Of a stretch of DNA of 64,000 nucleotides, positions 61,101 to 64,000 are shown one piece after another. Within the stretch, counting starts at the first letter, position 1. The number at the start of each line of letters is the position of its first letter. The position numbers and the translations under genes are program-made. Below the pieces are notes generated by a model. That model had not been told where the DNA came from. It saw nothing but the letters and a program-made list of their open reading frames with translations, and ran no database searches. Source of the DNA: Balanoglossus misakiensis (Eukaryota; Animalia; Hemichordata); the NCBI GenBank assembly GCA_040954595.2, contig CM082591.2:1525745-1589744 (forward strand), given 5' to 3'.

Positions 61101-63743
61101 TGCGAAACACATTGAAGTCATCTACAATATCTGCAAAAGAGTGAGTACCCTGTATGAGGCAACCCCCCTCCCTTTGTCAAGACCGTTCTTTGCTGGTGAC
61201 AAGTCTTAGCTAGTAGTGGTTTGTTCCAAGCAGATCCCAAGGGGATAATACTTTGTTTTTCAAGCACTGTTGCCTTTTTTCCTGCAGATTTTCAAAGGTG
61301 ATGCGGGCGAGGACTCTGAATGCCATGCTGCCAAGTTGTTAGAAGTTATTTTATTACAGTACAAAGGACTCATAGATCAGGTAAGCTGACATGGATACAC
61401 CCTTTTCATAAGTCTATTTGACCAATCACATCAAAGGGGGTTTCCCCATTAGCCTCACTTTCAGTTCATATTCAAGATGGCTGCTCGGGTCATTAGAGAC
61501 TTAGGGAAAAGGGTGTATGGAACAAGTTGAACTTTGTTCTCCACAGACTGGTGGTGTGGATCCATTTAAGATCTCTGCCACAGGAGATTTTTCTGTAAAA
61601 TCAGAACTAATTATTTTTTTCTCATTTCTCCAACAGGTAATCCCATCCTTCATAGAATTAGTTTTAGAGCGACTGACGCGGGAAGTCAAGACAAGTGAAC
61701 TCAGAACAATGTGTCTACAAGTTGTAGTGGCTGCCCTCTATTACAATCCAGTCTTACTTTTAGAAATTTTAGAAAAAATGAGGCTTCCAAACTCAGACCA
61801 GTCTATCACTGAACAGTTCCTCAAGCAGTGGTTCCATGACACTGACTGTTTTCTCGGGTGAGTTCAGTACTATCTTTATATCATTGCATGTCTTTTCACC
61901 AGTACCAATGCTGTCAGTATGAAAAAAGAAATTTTATAATGAAACCAGTGTTGAACCATGATGTCCAACACTAATGATATTAAGAGTATTGTTATCATTT
62001 TATTGCTTGAAATTATTTTATTTATGTTGAAATATTGACTGGCTCCATATGATCTGAAATGAAAACTGATTAATGGACAAAAATTGATAATTTAACTAGT
62101 GACTGTGACTTTAGAATGGCGTGTAACTATGTTATATTTATTGTTTGTTTGTAGCTTACATGATCGTAAAATCTGTGCACTTGGACTTTGTACATTGATG
62201 AGTTTGCCGTCGAGACCAGAAACTGTCAATTCCTTTGCATCTCAGTTTCTGCCAGCTCTCTTGCTAATATTCAAAGGACTTCACAGAGCCTATGAAAGTA
62301 AGTACACATACTTGATACATCCAATTTCACTGTGATTTTTACAGTTAAACGTGTATGGCATTTTCTGCTTAAATATATATCGTACACAATATAAGATGTA
62401 TTCTGTTCCTATCACAAATTATAACGTTCTCTTTTGTTGCATTGACAGGTAGGGCTCAGGCGGAGGAGGGGGACAGTGATGACGACGAGGAGGAAGATGA
62501 GGAGGAAGATTACGAGGAAGTCTTAGAAAGTGATGAAGATGAAGTAGACGAGACGTCGCAGGAATACATGGATATGTTAGCGAAGAGGGTGAGTCAGTTG
62601 CTTGCCTCTAGGTGGCGCTCTTCCTAACTGTCTGAACACAGCTGGAATGATAACTTTAAACTTGGTCCTTTTTTAAATAAAGCTGGTATATTCTCTAGAG
62701 GGCGGTGTCCACTATGATTGCAATTTCTCCAGTGAGTAATTGACACAGGAAAAATTACAAGTAACATTTTGGCATAAGAATTATTGTTTCCTTGGCAACA
62801 GAGTGGTGACAGGAATTTTGACGATGATGAGGAAGGCTATGAAGAGACCGCTCTGGAAAGTTACAACACGCCTCTTGATGATGAAGACTGTCCAATCGAT
62901 GAATACATGGTATTTAAAGAAGTTTTACAAGGTAAAAAATGGCAGGATGTAAAATTGTTGAATTGTGAATCAAGCAGATTTGTTCATTAACTCCTTGACT
63001 ATCATCAGCCATATAATCTTCTATACCAAATAAGCTTCAGATTCATATGAATTTGCCTGCTTTGTGAGAAATCTTGTCAGAGCCATTTTGAAGTTCTTGA
63101 ACTGATGTCAGTCCTCGAATAGTTTATTGGTCCAGTGGGGACTGTGTCATTAACAATGATTTGTTCTTCTACAATAGGTTTACAAGTGCAAGATCCCAGC
63201 TGGTATAACGCCTTAATAAGTGGTTTAACTGCAGAACAACAATTGGAAATTCAAGAAATTGGGAAATTGGCCGATCAGAGGAAAGCTTTAGCAGGTAAGG
63301 TTTTGTGATGCCTTCTGTTTACCCCTTTCAACACAATGGTTTGGTCCGAATCCATTGTTTTGTATCAGGTTGGACCTTTATATAGAGGGAACTGGGGTGA
63401 AGGGTTTCAGGCTATGTATGTTATTCTATCACTTTCATGACATTTGACCAGTTTTGGCATTTCTGTTTGAACAACAAAACTTCTATATGAGCCAAAATCC
63501 AGAAGCATAAATCTTATAAAAACAGTTTTGTTGTTACTCTTTTCCCATATGCCTTTAGACAGATTTTGTTGCAAAAATATTGTCTGAAACATTTTCAGCA
63601 AATAGAAGCAATTATAATAAAATGCATTTGTTTTTGTTTATTTGACAGAGTCTAAGAAAATCAAGGAAGTTGGGGGGTATCAATTTACACAGACAGCCGT
63701 GCCTACTGCGTTTCAGTTTGGAATGCCTCCACCACAGCAGTGA
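55186..63743 (+). CDS. IPO7: Importin-7 (IPO7/IPO8 family), 1034 aa, 25 exons
   Basis: Exons 55186-55269, 55754-55835, 56175-56331, 56605-56763, 57018-57174, 57379-57468, 57642-57736, 57952-58022, 58175-58277, 58450-58595, 58705-58898, 59098-59187, 59355-59562, 59807-59925, 60160-60279, 60448-60514, 60754-60879, 61043-61140, 61288-61380, 61637-61857, 62155-62297, 62449-62588, 62802-62931, 63178-63294, 63649-63743. Motifs: [69 protein letters not shown], acidic C-terminus. Confidence 0.97.
55990..56058. repeat. Perfect 19-bp inverted repeat with a 31-nt loop in IPO7 intron 2
   Basis: CCTTGGACTCTACCATTCT at 55990-56008 and AGAATGGTAGAGTCCAAGG at 56040-56058. Confidence 0.85.
56359..56448 (+). 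repeat. Copy of the ~85-bp intronic repeat family (IPO7 intron 3)
   Basis: Aligns with 63321-63406 and the reverse complement of 26398-26477. Confidence 0.7.
61398..61515. mobile_element. Small MITE-like element with imperfect ~27-bp TIRs, flanked by TA
   Basis: ta|cacccttttcataagtct...agacttagggaaaagggtg|ta in IPO7 intron 19. Confidence 0.5.
62605..62707 (+). promoter_or_regulatory. Two same-orientation CTCF-like motifs (62605-62620, 62692-62707) in IPO7 intron 22
   Basis: CCTCTAGGTGGCGCTC and TCTCTAGAGGGCGGTG. Confidence 0.45.
63321..63406 (+). repeat. Copy of the ~85-bp intronic repeat family (IPO7 intron 24)
   Basis: accc.tttca...tgaagggtt termini; aligns with the other two copies. Confidence 0.7.
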
Positions 63744-64000
63744 AGACAACCCCTCAGATATCACCCTGCCCACCCCTTGATACAGAATAACCTTGTCCTG
63801 TTAAAATAAACAGAACATACCATTATACCTAATTGGGGAAGGAAGACCACTGAATGTGGGTGAAAACAAGGAAGTCTTAAACAACTTCAAAGATATTTTT
63901 ATCTGTTTCTTCCAAAGAATTTTTTTGTAAAATAAATCTGAAGAAACAGTAATCTTTAGGTGTACAAGAGAATTATTCTTTAATATTGTGTTAGAAATAA

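Overview
AT-rich, intron-rich animal genomic DNA, probably an invertebrate deuterostome (inference from gene structure and repeats, not proven). I assembled seven complete genes by hand from GT-AG junctions with consistent reading phase: glycogen synthase (+, 15 exons, 682 aa), NADH-cytochrome b5 reductase (-, 9 exons, 305 aa), an uncharacterised protein with a hydrophobic amphipathic C-terminus (+, about 468-477 aa), eIF3m (+, 10 exons, 380 aa), an ~892-aa bHLH plus HMG-box-like protein resembling the vertebrate meiotic initiators STRA8/MEIOSIN (-, 11 coding exons), a VAMP-type R-SNARE (-, 128 aa) and importin-7 (+, 25 exons, 1034 aa). An eighth gene is an intronless heparan sulfate 3-O-sulfotransferase-like ORF with degenerate catalytic motifs (-, 480 aa). 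The first 11 kb looks like intron 1 of a minus-strand gene that runs off the left edge. Main points of interest: (1) the STRA8/MEIOSIN-like gene; (2) frame-preserving candidate microexons in the long introns, including a tandem-duplicated 30-nt pair in glycogen synthase that echoes the adjacent FDVDKEA motif; (3) a probable sulfotransferase pseudoenzyme; (4) two pristine MITEs. All homology calls come from recalled family motifs; no searches were run.
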